Positions 18,594 through 27,965 are shown, counted from the stretch's first letter. The stretch: DNA of 64,000 nucleotides from an uncultured Candidatus Saccharibacteria bacterium (GCA_963747455.1 CAVVEW010000001.1:32005-96004); one strand, 5' to 3'. Notes: generated from the sequence alone by a model not told the origin. Numbers and translations: made by a program.

Positions 18594-19016
18594 ATGCGCG
18601 GACCAATTGACTACATAATTGTGGGGTTCGAAGGGAATACCTTCGATGGAAGCATACTAAAAGCTATCGGCGACGCACTCGACCAAGGCGTCATTGCGCT
18701 CGTTGACCTTCTCGTCGTCAGCAAAGACGAAAATGGCGCTGTCAGGGCGCTGGATGTTGCCTCTACTGGCGATGAATTTGCAGTAAGCTTCGTACAGAAG
18801 TACAAACCGGGTGAAAGTCACGTCAACGATGACGACAAAGACGAAATCGGCGACTTGCTCGAGAACAATACGACCGCAGGCATGCTCGTTATCGAGCAAC
18901 TCTGGGCGATTCCGCTCAAGCAAGCCCTTATAGATGCAAATGGTGTACTGGTCGCGGAGGGTCGAATTCACCCTGAAGCGGCAGAAGAATTTAATGTCGA
19001 AGAAGAGGAGGAATAA
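18594..19016 (+). CDS. DUF6325-like protein
   Basis: AAGGAGGA then ATG 18594. GPIDYIIVGFEGNTFDGSILKAIGDALDQGVIALVDLLVVSKDENGAVRALDV resembles the family usually found next to SHOCT proteins. Assignment is from memory only. Confidence 0.4.
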   Translation: MRGPIDYIIVGFEGNTFDGSILKAIGDALDQGVIALVDLLVVSKDENGAVRALDVASTGDEFAVSFVQKYKPGESHVNDDDKDEIGDLLENNTTAGMLVIEQLWAIPLKQALIDANGVLVAEGRIHPEAAEEFNVEEEEE

Positions 19017-19017
19017 G

Positions 19018-19278
19018 ATGCCGGGATTATTACGAGGGGTAGCGAGAACGGCTGTCATAGCAGGAACCGCTACGGCAGTATCGAACAACGTCAGTCGGCG
19101 TCAAGCGCGGCGCTGGTCTGATCAGCAAGCCGAAGCGCAGCCACAGATGGAGGCAGCGCCGCCCGAGCCAGCTAATGATATGGTCTCTGAGCTGCAGCAG
19201 CTCGCACAGCTAAAAGATCAGGGCATCCTGACTCAAGAAGAATTCGACGCCAAGAAAAAGCAGATTCTTGGTATCTGA
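19018..19278 (+). CDS. SHOCT-domain protein
   Basis: GAGGAGGA then ATG 19018. N-terminal TM-like segment, C-terminal LQQLAQLKDQGILTQEEFDAKKKQILG, which is the SHOCT motif. Confidence 0.6.
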   Translation: MPGLLRGVARTAVIAGTATAVSNNVSRRQARRWSDQQAEAQPQMEAAPPEPANDMVSELQQLAQLKDQGILTQEEFDAKKKQILGI

Positions 19279-19299
19279 TAGACGTAGTGTGCTCTATGC

Positions 19300-19329
19300 A
19301 AAACGTCGCCTGGGCAAGGCGACGTTTTT
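19300..19329. terminator. bidirectional terminator
   Basis: AAAACGTCGCC tgggca AGGCGACGTTTT between convergent genes. Confidence 0.65.
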
Positions 19330-19349
19330 AGTATGGTATGGAAGAATGG

Positions 19350-19496
19350 TTACGCTCGGGCGCGGACAGCATGTACGGGTATATCGACTGCTTGGTCGCG
19401 AAGACGAAGCTGGTTCAGGCGGCGGCGGTGGTACTGTGACGCCAGTCGACGGATGCGAAATTTTGGACTAGTGAATTTACGTTTCGTATCTGCCAT
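19350..19496 (-). CDS. hypothetical 48-aa Arg-rich ORF
   Basis: MADTKRKFTSPKFRIRRLASQYHRRRLNQLRLRDQAVDIPVHAVRARA. Its ATG lies 2 nt after the upstream TAA (GTGTAATCATGG). Below the ORF-track cutoff. Confidence 0.3.
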   Translation of the reverse strand: MADTKRKFTSPKFRIRRLASQYHRRRLNQLRLRDQAVDIPVHAVRARA

Positions 19497-19498
19497 GA

Positions 19499-19678
19499 TT
19501 ACACTCCTGGTTGTGGTACACCAAAGAAATAGTTGATTTCGTCGATGATGCGACCGCGCTGATAGACGGGGACTTTTCGTGGTCGTATGTCTACGTCGTT
19601 TAGCTCAGGGAATTTGCGTGATTTTGATGCCATGAATTTTTTGATTCGAGCATCTGTTACCATATCTACTCTTTTCAT
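19499..19678 (-). CDS. hypothetical 59-aa ORF
   Basis: AGGTGGAGAATC then ATG 19678. MKRVDMVTDARIKKFMASKSRKFPELNDVDIRPRKVPVYQRGRIIDEINYFFGVPQPGV. One residue below the ORF-track cutoff. Confidence 0.4.
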   Translation of the reverse strand: MKRVDMVTDARIKKFMASKSRKFPELNDVDIRPRKVPVYQRGRIIDEINYFFGVPQPGV

Positions 19679-19815
19679 GATTCTCCACCTCTTCTTGCGT
19701 TAACAATACCCGTAGTATAGCTAGGCTCGCAAGGGAACACTGTAAAAAATGTCACATAAAAACACAATCACGATTCGTATGTGAGAAACTCTCGACTTTT
19801 TGTTACTATACGAGA

Positions 19816-20268
19816 ATGACAATACAGTATATCTGTCGAGGCAATGCCTTTCGAAGTATCATGGCTGAAGCATATACAAACTCTCTACACATCCCCGGTG
19901 TGGAAGTGTTATCGAGTGGTACTATTGCAACCCGCGCTAAACACGGAAACATCGCGCGCTTTCCGATGACGCTCGATGTTCTATCGGAGCATGGAATCCA
20001 AAAGTACGCCAAGGATCACTATGCGGATGATTTGACCCAGGAATTACTCGATCGCTCAGATGTTGCCGTATTCGTAAATGACCGAGCATACCAGGAGGCA
20101 GCAACTACCTACCGTATGCCGCGGCAAGTCTACATATGGGATATTACGGATATTGGCGAAGGCGACCGAGTTGCGCATTCATTGACCGAAGAGCAGCACT
20201 TCAGTGAAATAATTTTCGGTGAGATCAAGCAAAACATCGACGAGCTCGTAAAGCAATTAGGCTTGTAA
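19816..20268 (+). CDS. low-molecular-weight phosphotyrosine phosphatase / ArsC-like
   Basis: P-loop CRGNAFRS (CX5R-S) at residues 7-14. 150 aa. TACTAT lies 6 nt before the ATG. Confidence 0.7.
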   Translation: MTIQYICRGNAFRSIMAEAYTNSLHIPGVEVLSSGTIATRAKHGNIARFPMTLDVLSEHGIQKYAKDHYADDLTQELLDRSDVAVFVNDRAYQEAATTYRMPRQVYIWDITDIGEGDRVAHSLTEEQHFSEIIFGEIKQNIDELVKQLGL

Positions 20269-20745
20269 GCGCCCGTTATTGACATGTATATACTCACGCA
20301 AGCCGGCTTCGCCGCGCTGCATTATACGGTGATGAAAGAATGTAAAGAGAGGCCGGAGCAAAAAAGATAGTCTCTGCATCCACGCTTTCGTCGTGACAAC
20401 GTTCCAGGTGATGACAATCGTGGTGGGTGTGCTTGGTGTGGTATCTGTGGCGTGAATCATGAAGCTTCCCTTTCCGACTAAGTCTCCGTCTGAGTCGAAG
20501 TAGATGTGGCGAGCCTTTTCGTATTCGGTGACAGTGATGTCGGTTCTGAGTCTATAGCCACCTCCACTTTTCCAGGTGCATATATAGCGCGAACCGGCTC
20601 CGTGCACTTCGTCTAAAATTTCGACAGATTCGAGTCCCGCCCACCAGCTTTGCCAGTCCTCACTGCGGAGGATTGCTTCGGAAACTACCTCGCGAGAAGC
20701 GGGGATTGTCCAGGTGTGGGTGAACTCGTATTCGGCTGGCTGCAT
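20257..20745 (-). CDS. SRPBCC (START/polyketide-cyclase-like) family protein
   Basis: 162 aa. Size and W-rich pattern (SEDWQSWWAGLESVEI...) are typical of SRPBCC proteins. Weak assignment. Confidence 0.4.
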   Translation of the reverse strand: MQPAEYEFTHTWTIPASREVVSEAILRSEDWQSWWAGLESVEILDEVHGAGSRYICTWKSGGGYRLRTDITVTEYEKARHIYFDSDGDLVGKGSFMIHATDTTPSTPTTIVITWNVVTTKAWMQRLSFLLRPLFTFFHHRIMQRGEAGLREYIHVNNGRLQA

Positions 20746-20811
20746 AGAAGCATATTGTAGCGAAGCTTGCTATGATTTTCCAGGGGTAGTGTGAGAAAAT
20801 AAGTACGAATA

Positions 20812-20903
20812 TGGCGGAGAGGAAGAGATTCGAACTCTCGGTACGAGTCGCCCCGTACACACGCTTTCCAAGCGTGCGCCTTCAACCGCTCGGCCACCTC
20901 TCC
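20812..20903 (-). tRNA. tRNA-Ser (anticodon GGA)
   Basis: Minus strand reads GGAGAGGTGGCCGAGCGGTTGAAGGCGCACGC-TTGGAAA-GCGTG..., long variable arm, GAGAG-TTCGAAT-CTCTT, CCA. Confidence 0.9.
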
Positions 20904-21065
20904 ATAGTTTCCTATTGTACAAAATTCATTCGACTCATACGAGCCCAATAGACAGGCGCAGCGCCGCGTGCTCCTATCGCTTAGCTCTTCCGCCTCCTCA
21001 CCGACAAATAAGTAAACTTATTGTCGATTTCGCTCGGCTCCACCAACCGCTCGGCCACCTCTCCA
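20904..21065 (-). repeat. repeat upstream of tRNA-Ser(GGA) ending in a 22-nt copy of the tRNA 5' end
   Basis: CAACCGCTCGGCCACCTCTCCA at 20883-20904 (tRNA 5' end, plus strand) recurs at 21044-21065. The interval contains GGCGGAAGAGCTAAGCGAT, related to the E-repeat core, and a second degenerate copy GTGGAGCCGAGCG. Confidence 0.5.
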
Positions 21066-21147
21066 TTAGAACCTAGTATACACGAGTGAAAAATACATCA
21101 CGGTCATGGTTGCTCTCGTTGCAATTGGCAGTGATAATAGATAGAAT

Positions 21148-22008
21148 ATGCCGACCAAAAAACCTATTATCCGTTTGAACGGTCTCGTAAAAAAGTACGG
21201 GATTGGTGACGCTGAGCACCGAGCACTCGATACGGTCGATTTATCGATCGATGCGGGTGAGTTCGTGGCTATCATGGGGCCGTCGGGATGCGGCAAGACG
21301 ACGCTACTCAATATCTTGGGTCTGCTCGACCGTGCAGATGATGGCGAATACCTACTCGACAACGAGGACGTTGAGCAATTCTCTGATCGGCGCCGTGCAC
21401 ACGTTCGCTCAAAACAAATCGGCATCGTATTTCAAAACTTCAACCTGATTGATCGCATGACCGTAATCGAAAACGTCGCCCTTCCTCTGACCTATCATGG
21501 TTTGCGGCGTACAAAGCGCCTCGAAGCTGCGAGCCAATCGCTCAAGACATTTCATCTCTCTGAGCGAGAGTATTATCTGCCCCATCAGCTATCTGGTGGA
21601 CAAATGCAACGCGTGGCGATCGCACGTGCGCTCGTAAACAAGCCTACCCTCATCTTGGCCGACGAGCCAACTGGTAATCTCGACAGCCGCTCAAGTCACG
21701 TCATCATGGAAGAGCTAGCGGATTTGCACCGTCGTGGAAACACAATTCTTATGGTGACTCATAATCCCAATCTAACAAGTTATGCGAGTCGTGTAATCAA
21801 CATGCTCGATGGTCGTGTGGCGAGTGACAAGAAGATTCGGGTTTCGGCGGTATCGGATGTCCAGAAGATTACGCTCCGTACACCGAAGAAGACGAAAGCC
21901 GAGGAAAAGCCTACGAAAAAAGCGACGAGTAAGAAAAAGTCGACCAAGACCGCAACAAAGAAGCGAGTGACCGCAAAAAATGCGAAGAAAAAGGAGAAAA
22001 CGTCGTGA
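21148..22008 (+). CDS. ABC transporter ATP-binding protein (MacB/LolD-like) with Lys-rich C-terminal tail
   Basis: Walker [10 protein letters not shown], signature [15 protein letters not shown], Walker [13 protein letters not shown]. 60-aa K/T-rich tail. Confidence 0.85.
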   Translation: MPTKKPIIRLNGLVKKYGIGDAEHRALDTVDLSIDAGEFVAIMGPSGCGKTTLLNILGLLDRADDGEYLLDNEDVEQFSDRRRAHVRSKQIGIVFQNFNLIDRMTVIENVALPLTYHGLRRTKRLEAASQSLKTFHLSEREYYLPHQLSGGQMQRVAIARALVNKPTLILADEPTGNLDSRSSHVIMEELADLHRRGNTILMVTHNPNLTSYASRVINMLDGRVASDKKIRVSAVSDVQKITLRTPKKTKAEEKPTKKATSKKKSTKTATKKRVTAKNAKKKEKTS

Positions 22009-23223
22009 GAATGCTCATCGCTGACTATATCGATACCGCTGCGCACTCGCTTCGCATGAACAGGATGCGAACGCTCCTCACTACCGTTGGAGTTGCAATA
22101 GGTATTGCGAGCGTTACGACGATTCTGGCACTCGCGCAGGGCGTAACCTCTGCGGTGAACAGCCAAGTGAACCAAGTCGGCGGAAATGTCGCGGTCATTC
22201 GACCTGGTGTCGAAACGCCGAGTGATTTGACGCGTCCCATTCTGCCCCAGCAGTTCAACACGAGCAGCTTAACAGAGAATGATGTCGAGGCTATACGTAC
22301 AGCAAACAAGGGGCTTACCGTTGCGCCTATCATGACGCTAAACGCAACCCTTCGATCGAAAACATCTACTGTTCCAACTACCTTGGTTGCGAGTTCACCT
22401 GAACTGGCTAAGACGACCGATTTACCGATAGATCAAGGACAGTTTCTCGATGAAAGTACCTCGGACAATGTCGCTATCGTTGGTCGGCAGCTCTCGATTG
22501 ATCTGTTCGGTACAGATAACCCAATCAGTCAGCAGTTTAAGGTTCAGAGGAGAGACGTTCACCGTTATCGGCGTACTGAAGATGCTCGACAATCCAGTCA
22601 ATTACAACAATGTAGATTTTGATAATGCCGCAGTAATCACTTTCCGCCAGGGGAAGTCGCTCAACGATGGGCGTACGCAGATTCAGCAAATAAATATCCG
22701 TGCCAGCAGCCCTGAGGAGCTAGAAAAAGCAATCGATTCGATTTCTACACAATTGAAAAAACTTCACGGCGAAGATGACTTCCAAATCCTCACTGGCACC
22801 GATGTTGCATCGACGACCAATCGCACCTTTCAATGGGTGGCAGCAGTCATGACAGCAATTGCCGCAGTATCGCTACTCGTAGGTGGGATTGGCATCATGA
22901 ATATCATGCTCGTCGGGGTCGCAGAACGTACGCGCGAAATTGGTATCCGAAAGAGTGTGGGTGCAAGTAATGGCACGATCGTGATTCAGTTTATGGTTGA
23001 GGCATTGATGCTTAGCTTGCTCGGCGGCATCGTCGGTGTTATTGCAGGTCTGGTACTTGCGTTCTCACTATCGCTCGGTCTCTACTTTACACCGGTCTTT
23101 TCATGGCAGATTTTTGCTCTGGCGCTTGGCGTATCACTCGTTGTGGGCGTCATATTTGGCCTTTATCCTGCAATACGTGCTGCGCGAAAAGACCCTATCG
23201 AGAGTCTTCGACAGTACAGATAG
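22005..23223 (+). CDS. ABC transporter permease, MacB/FtsX-like (frameshift near 22555)
   Basis: ORFs 22005-22622 and 22450-23223 join at ..ISQQFKV/GETFTVIGVLK... The C-terminal FtsX block IGIRKSVGASNGTIVIQFMVEAL is present. Start overlaps the ATPase stop (GTGA). Confidence 0.75.
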
Positions 23224-23242
23224 CTACCAATCTGTTAACGGT

Positions 23243-23353
23243 CGCGACACGACCCTAGTTTCTTCAGGCACGCGCGGGCGCTTAGTTACATATCTGTCTT
23301 GCCCGCGCTCTGCCGGAAAGGCAGAGCCTTCAGAAACTAGGGGGCGTGTCGCG
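23243..23353. repeat. 111-nt GC-rich nested inverted-repeat element
   Basis: Outer arms are 23243-23269 and 23326-23353, about 27 bp with 3-4 mismatches. Inner hairpins are GCGCGGGC (23272-23279) with GCCCGCGC (23301-23308), and CTGCC-ggaaa-GGCAG (23310-23324). Lies between convergent genes. Confidence 0.5.
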
Positions 23354-23369
23354 CCCTACCCGGTTGCTT

Positions 23370-24416
23370 TTAGGCGAGTTCTTGCTTCAACTTTGTGATC
23401 AGAGGCACTGGGCCAGGATCGGCGTTGTTGAGGATACCGACATAGATACTGACAAAATCTGCGAGCAGGTGCCCTGCGACAAGTTGCTTGAGGAGGGTGT
23501 CTCCGACGAGATGAATGGTATTTGCCTTCGGTCGTTTGCCGCTGAGTAAACGATCACTCACCTCGAATCGTTTGAGAATTTGTGGATGTTCTTTATCGCT
23601 GACAAGGTCGAAAATAACAAACGGCTTGTCGATTGGGTGTGAGGTCCAGCCGATGAATTCGTTGTGATTGACCTCTGGGTAATAGTTCCAAAACGCGACG
23701 TTTTTGGCATTTTCATTCCAGCTAATCTTCCATTTGTAGGCGAGTGAGCGCGTGTCGTAGCCGCCATAAAATACTGGCGTCTTTCCGACAGCCGTCAGTG
23801 CTAATTGCTTGGCATAGTTTCGCTCAACAGGCACTTCTTTGACCCATTTTTCGCTCTGCTCATGGAGCCACTCAGAGGCGTCTTCTAGTTCGGCTAGATG
23901 TGGCTTGGCTTTGAGCACGCCAAAGTGGTCGAGTAGTGTGACAAGCACGCGGACCTGAACAAAGGTCAGCATGCGTGGCTGAATTTTGATGTCTGGCAAG
24001 GTTACATTGACGACTTTGTCGGCCATGGCCGTTTCGCGCAGCTTGCCACCACCAGCGATAACGGCAAGTTGACTGCCGCGTTTTCGCGCCTGGGCGTATG
24101 CATTTAAAATTTCTTCGGTGTTGCCAGAACAACTCGAAGTGATTACGAGCGTGTCTTCATCTGCATAGGTGGGTAAACTGTAATCCTTGACTACTTCAAA
24201 AGGTATGCAAAGGTCTGCATCGAGCCATGATTTTACAAATTCTGCAGCGAGCGCTGATCCGCCCATGCCTGCAAACACGATGTTTTTCACCGTACGGTGA
24301 TCATGCTCTGGCTCGTTTATCTCGACATCCATAGCGAGTTGTTCGTACTGCATCGCTCCTGAATCGAGCGTCCGTTCACTGTCTCGTTGCTTTAGCACAT
24401 TACTATCATCGAGCAT
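23370..24416 (-). CDS. bifunctional phosphoglucose/phosphomannose isomerase (SIS domain, PGI/PMI family)
   Basis: Start taken at MLDDSNVLKQ (ATG 24416 after GGTGGAG). SIS motif VFAGMGGSALAAEF and SSCSGNTEE. C-terminal ADFVSIYVGILNNADPGPVPLITKLK is typical of archaeal-type PGI/PMI. Confidence 0.65.
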   Translation of the reverse strand: MLDDSNVLKQRDSERTLDSGAMQYEQLAMDVEINEPEHDHRTVKNIVFAGMGGSALAAEFVKSWLDADLCIPFEVVKDYSLPTYADEDTLVITSSCSGNTEEILNAYAQARKRGSQLAVIAGGGKLRETAMADKVVNVTLPDIKIQPRMLTFVQVRVLVTLLDHFGVLKAKPHLAELEDASEWLHEQSEKWVKEVPVERNYAKQLALTAVGKTPVFYGGYDTRSLAYKWKISWNENAKNVAFWNYYPEVNHNEFIGWTSHPIDKPFVIFDLVSDKEHPQILKRFEVSDRLLSGKRPKANTIHLVGDTLLKQLVAGHLLADFVSIYVGILNNADPGPVPLITKLKQELA

Positions 24417-24508
24417 CTCTCCACCTTTCTGTCTTGTCTCGCTGTTTGTCTCCATGATACAATACACAGTAAGTAAGCGTAAACAATATATCGATAAACG
24501 AGGTGGGC

Positions 24509-25004
24509 ATGAATATCGAACCAACAGAACAGAAGCAATCGATTAGTGATGATCAAGAACTCGCGAAAGTACTCGCGGGTATCAACAATGACGCTGGTGA
24601 GCCAGCTCCAGTAGCAGATGCGGTTATGCCTGCGATGCCAACGCCGCCTACTCCCCCACCTGTGGCGGATGATGCAGCAGCTGCTGTTGTAGCAGACCCT
24701 ATCGATGAACCAGCACTGCCTGCCGTCCCTGCCGCAGAAGCAGGACGAATCGCTCGAGGTTATCAAGAAGCAAGCCCTCGGCGAACTCCGCCCACTTGTC
24801 GATAAGCTCCAGGTTGAGCCAGATGAAAAGTTCGACATCTACCTCCTGCTCCTTCGTTCAACTGACGACAAAGAGCTCATCGCGCCAGCACACGAGGCTG
24901 CCAAGGCTATCACCGATGAGTCAAAGCGCGCCCAGGCACTCCTCGATATCATCAAGGAAATCGACTTTTTGAGCCAAGGCACTTCCTCGGCACAGCAACT
25001 GTAG
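24509..25004 (+). CDS. hypothetical protein with A/P-rich linker (frameshift near 24740)
   Basis: GAGGTG then ATG 24509. ORF 24503-24805 joins ORF 24705-25004 (..DESLEVIKKQALGELRPLVDKLQVEPDEKFDIYLLLLRSTDDKELI..). Confidence 0.4.
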
Positions 25005-25023
25005 ATTTACTACCTCCAAAACC

Positions 25024-25052
25024 AAAACTCCCGCTTATACGGCGGGAGTTTT
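25024..25052. terminator. bidirectional terminator
   Basis: AAAACTCCCGC ttatacg GCGGGAGTTTT. A second hairpin CCCCGACTTGCGCCGGGG lies at 25070-25087. Confidence 0.6.
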
Positions 25053-25157
25053 GTATATGCATGAAGATGCCCCGACTTGCGCCGGGGACTTTTTCGTACC
25101 AATGGTACTCTCGGTCTGGACGGGCCGATAACGTTTTCATGAGAGGATGTATGCGTG

Positions 25158-25685
25158 TCAGTAGCGAGTACTCTCGCGCCGCTCGTCGACAAGCCGAAGC
25201 GCGGCGTTGCGCATCACCTTGTTCGCCTCTGTACGAAGATGGTTGACTCTGTTGGCACTCAGACCCATCTGAATGCCGAGCTCCATGGCGGTGAGGATCG
25301 AGCCGCCGTCCATGCCAGACCGCCGAAGGACGACCTGAAGCTGAGTTCTGGTCAACTGACGAAGAAGCCAGCTGACGTTTTGCTCAGTGCTCAACCATTC
25401 CCTTTCGTCCTCGTAGAGCGCGCGAAGTTTTTGCGCCTTCTTGTGACCTTCCGCGTCGATCTTCGCAGGCAAGAGGGTGGCAATCAGCTTCTCGCACTCA
25501 GCCGGCCTAAGCTTGCTAGGAACGTGTGGAGCTTGCGCGGTGAGTGACTCAGCAAGTTCGCGTACTCGCCCCGGATTACGGAGGGCCCGCTGAAGATCCC
25601 ATTCCCTCACGCCGAGAGCCGCGAGCGCCTCAATGAGAGACGTCGCCGTTGAAAGTCGTACATCGTCGGTATCGATGGTGACCAT
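25158..25685 (-). CDS. GC-rich orphan: HTH protein with sigma-70 region-4-like C-terminus
   Basis: GGGGAGG then ATG 25685 (the longer track ORF 25158-26198 is an out-of-frame extension over groEL). The C-terminus LTRTQLQVVLRRSGMDGGSILTAMELGIQMGLSANRVNHLRTEANKVMRNAALRL has the spacing of sigma region 4.2 (L..RE..VL.LR.G.....T..EIG...GVS..RV.Q....A...LR). Confidence 0.5.
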   Translation of the reverse strand: MVTIDTDDVRLSTATSLIEALAALGVREWDLQRALRNPGRVRELAESLTAQAPHVPSKLRPAECEKLIATLLPAKIDAEGHKKAQKLRALYEDEREWLSTEQNVSWLLRQLTRTQLQVVLRRSGMDGGSILTAMELGIQMGLSANRVNHLRTEANKVMRNAALRLVDERRESTRY

Positions 25686-25757
25686 CGTACCTCCCCTTCG
25701 TGAAATGTTGCCCTGAGGGCAACAACGAAACTCCCGCTTAAGCAAGGAGTTGAATGA

Positions 25758-25786
25758 ATTATATAACTTTATATAAAAAAAAGCAA
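25758..25786 (-). promoter_or_regulatory. sigma70-type promoter of the sigma4-like gene
   Basis: Minus strand has TTGCTT (25781-25786), a 17-nt spacer and TATAAT (25758-25763). The -35 overlaps the groEL terminator stem. Confidence 0.4.
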
Positions 25787-25808
25787 GACCGTCGCAAAAC
25801 GGTCTTGC
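25783..25808 (-). terminator. groEL terminator
   Basis: GCAAGACC gtcgcaaaac GGTCTTGC, followed on the minus strand by T8. Confidence 0.7.
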
Positions 25809-25825
25809 TTTCGCAGAGGGTGAAT

Positions 25826-27470
25826 TTACATCATCCCAGGCATGCCGCCACCCATTGAAGGCATCGATGATTCCTTCTCTGGGATATCGACGACGAGGGC
25901 ACCCATAGTTGCTGCGGTGCTCGCGATAGATACGGCATTTTGCACAGCTTCTTTGGTGACGCGAGTTGGGTCGATGACACCGGCTTTTTTGACATCGATG
26001 AGGCCTTTGTCGGGTGCCATGACATCGACACCCATACCAGCCTTGGCTGACTTCAACCTGTGCCAGGAGCGCTGCAGAATTGAGGCCAGCATTTGCGGTG
26101 ATCTGCAGGAATGGCTGCTTGAGCGCATCACGGACGACTTGGCGACCAGCGCTTCGCTGTCGCGCCGTCGACCTTGATGCTGCCTGCGAGGTTGACAAGT
26201 GTTACGCCACCACCAGCGACGATACCTTCAGCGAGTGCGGCTTTTGTAGCGGCGACGGCGTCATCGACGCGGAATTTCTTCTCATCGATCTCGGTTTCGG
26301 TTGCGCCACCGACTTTGATGACGGCGACTTTGCCGCCGAGTGCTGCCGCACGCTTTTCGTACTGCTCTTTGTCGTATTCGCTGCTGGCGTTTTCGGCTTG
26401 AGCGACGATTTGCGTCAGACGAGCCTTGAGCTCTCTGGCGTACCAGCACCTTCGATGATCGTCGTTTCGTCTTTGCCGACGATAACTTTGCGGGCTGTAC
26501 CGACTACTTCGAGGCCGACGTTTTCAAATGTCAGACCTTGGTCTTCGCTGATAACCTGTGCACCGACAAGTGTGGCGATATCGGCCATGATGTCTTTGCG
26601 GCGGTCACCGAACGACTGGCGCCTTGACGACGACAGTGTTGAGCACACCCTTTGAGCTTGTTGAGTACAAGGATACTGAGTGCTTCCCCGTCGACTTCGT
26701 CGGCGATGAGCACGATGTCTTTTTTGCCAGCTTGCGCCAATTTTTCGATCAGCGGCAATAGCTCTTGCGCACTCGAAATCTTTTTGTCGGTGATGACAAT
26801 CGATGGTTTTTCGTAGACTGCTTCTTGGCGATTGGAATCAGTCACGAAGAATGGACTTGCCCAGCCTTTGTCGAGGCTAAATCCTTCGACAACTTCGGCT
26901 TCCATGTCGAGGCTTTGGCCGGCTTCAACCGTGATGACGCCGTCTTTGCCGACTTTTTCCATAACGTCTGCAATCAGCTTGCCGATCTGGCTATCACCAG
27001 CAGAAATCGTCGCGACTTCAGCGATACGATCACTTTTGCCTTCGATTGATTCGCTCAGGCCATCGATGCTTTTGACAATCTCAGCGCCCGCAGCTTCGAT
27101 GCCTCGTTTGAGTTCCATCGGGTTGTGACCAGCGGCAATCAGGCGGTTGGCTTCGTTTAAGATGTGGTACGTCAGTACTGTTACGGTCGTCGTACCGTCA
27201 CCGGCTACTTTGTTGAGCTTGCTCGCAGCCTGATTTGATAAGCTCTGCACCGACTTTGTAGCCGAGTGTTTCGTCGTCTTCCTCTGGTAGGTCAACGCCT
27301 TCAGCTACCGTTACACCATCGTGTGTGACCGTTGGGCCGCCGTAGCCTTTGGCAATCACAACATTGCGGCCTTTTGGCCCGTAGGTTACCTTGACTGCGT
27401 CGTAGAGCGCTTTTGCTCCGCCAAGTACACGAGCGCGCGCATCATCATCATAAAAAACTTTTTTTGCCAT
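25826..27470 (-). CDS. groL: chaperonin GroEL (at least 4 frameshifts in this assembly)
   Basis: AGGAGGAACC then ATG 27470. [38 protein letters not shown].., [39 protein letters not shown], and a C-terminal GGGMPGMM repeat. Pieces lie in ORFs 27198-27515, 26531-27295, 26415-26648, 25158-26198 (part) and 25826-26131. The first break lies at TTT 27234-27236. Confidence 0.9.
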
Positions 27471-27600
27471 GGTTCCTCCTATATTGCTCACACTGAATGC
27501 ACCGCCCGCGACCATACGCCTCTATTGTTCTATTGAAATATCGGCTCTCCAAAAATGGAGAATGGTCGTCGGACGTGTGGCATCCAGTACTCGCAAGTTG

Positions 27601-27864
27601 TTAAACGGTTGCTAAAATATCTTCTTCTTTAACGATCAAGTATTCGTCACTGTCTAGCTTGATCTCTGTCGTCGAGTATTCTTTATAGAGAATCTTATCC
27701 CCTACTTTGACTGCCTTTACATCGGGGCCGACAGCTTTTACGGTAGCCATGACGGGTTTTTCCTTGGATTGTTCTGGCAGGTAAAGCCCGCTGGCAGTCT
27801 TTTCTACGGCTTTTTCGCGGACAGCTACCACGCGATCGCCGAGTGGTTTGATAGGTGAACTCAC
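27601..27864 (-). CDS. groES: co-chaperonin GroES
   Basis: 87 aa. IKPLGDRVVAV...ASGLYLPE...KVGDKILYKEY..TEIKLD.DEYLIVKEEDILA. GTG start after GGAGGAAAAG. Confidence 0.9.
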   Translation of the reverse strand: MSSPIKPLGDRVVAVREKAVEKTASGLYLPEQSKEKPVMATVKAVGPDVKAVKVGDKILYKEYSTTEIKLDSDEYLIVKEEDILATV

Positions 27865-27916
27865 GTCGCTTTTCCTCCTATAGTTTCATGTTGTGACTCT
27901 AGTCTAGCAGACAAAA

Positions 27917-27943
27917 TTAGCACTCGTCAAGCGCGAGTGCTAA
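27917..27943. promoter_or_regulatory. CIRCE operator (HrcA binding site) upstream of groES-groEL
   Basis: TTAGCACTC-gtcaagcgc-GAGTGCTAA is a perfect match to the TTAGCACTC-N9-GAGTGCTAA consensus. Confidence 0.9.
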
Positions 27944-27965
27944 TTTTCTGGATTTGAAGAAGACG

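Noticed and set aside
13281-21065. Complete integrative element (prophage or ICE) at the tRNA genes
   Set aside because: tRNA-end direct repeats are present, but no integrase, excisionase, replication or structural genes are. Only the small islet and repeat interpretation is supported.
24392-24838. Minus-strand ORF 24392-24838
   Set aside because: It is antisense to the 24509-25004 gene and overlaps the PGI/PMI start region. The translation is Cys/Arg/Ser-rich and there is no RBS.
25686-26198. N-terminal 170-aa extension of ORF 25158-26198
   Set aside because: This part is an out-of-frame read-through of the groEL 3' region. It contains recognisable GroEL peptide segments only because of groEL frameshifts. 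The real start is ATG 25685 with a GGGGAGG RBS.
25826-27470. groEL (and valS, nrdAB, murE) as genuine pseudogenes
   Set aside because: Simultaneous inactivation of these essential genes is implausible. The breaks traced to the base are single-base events, mostly at homopolymers, and all conserved motifs are retained. They are treated as probable sequencing or assembly indels.
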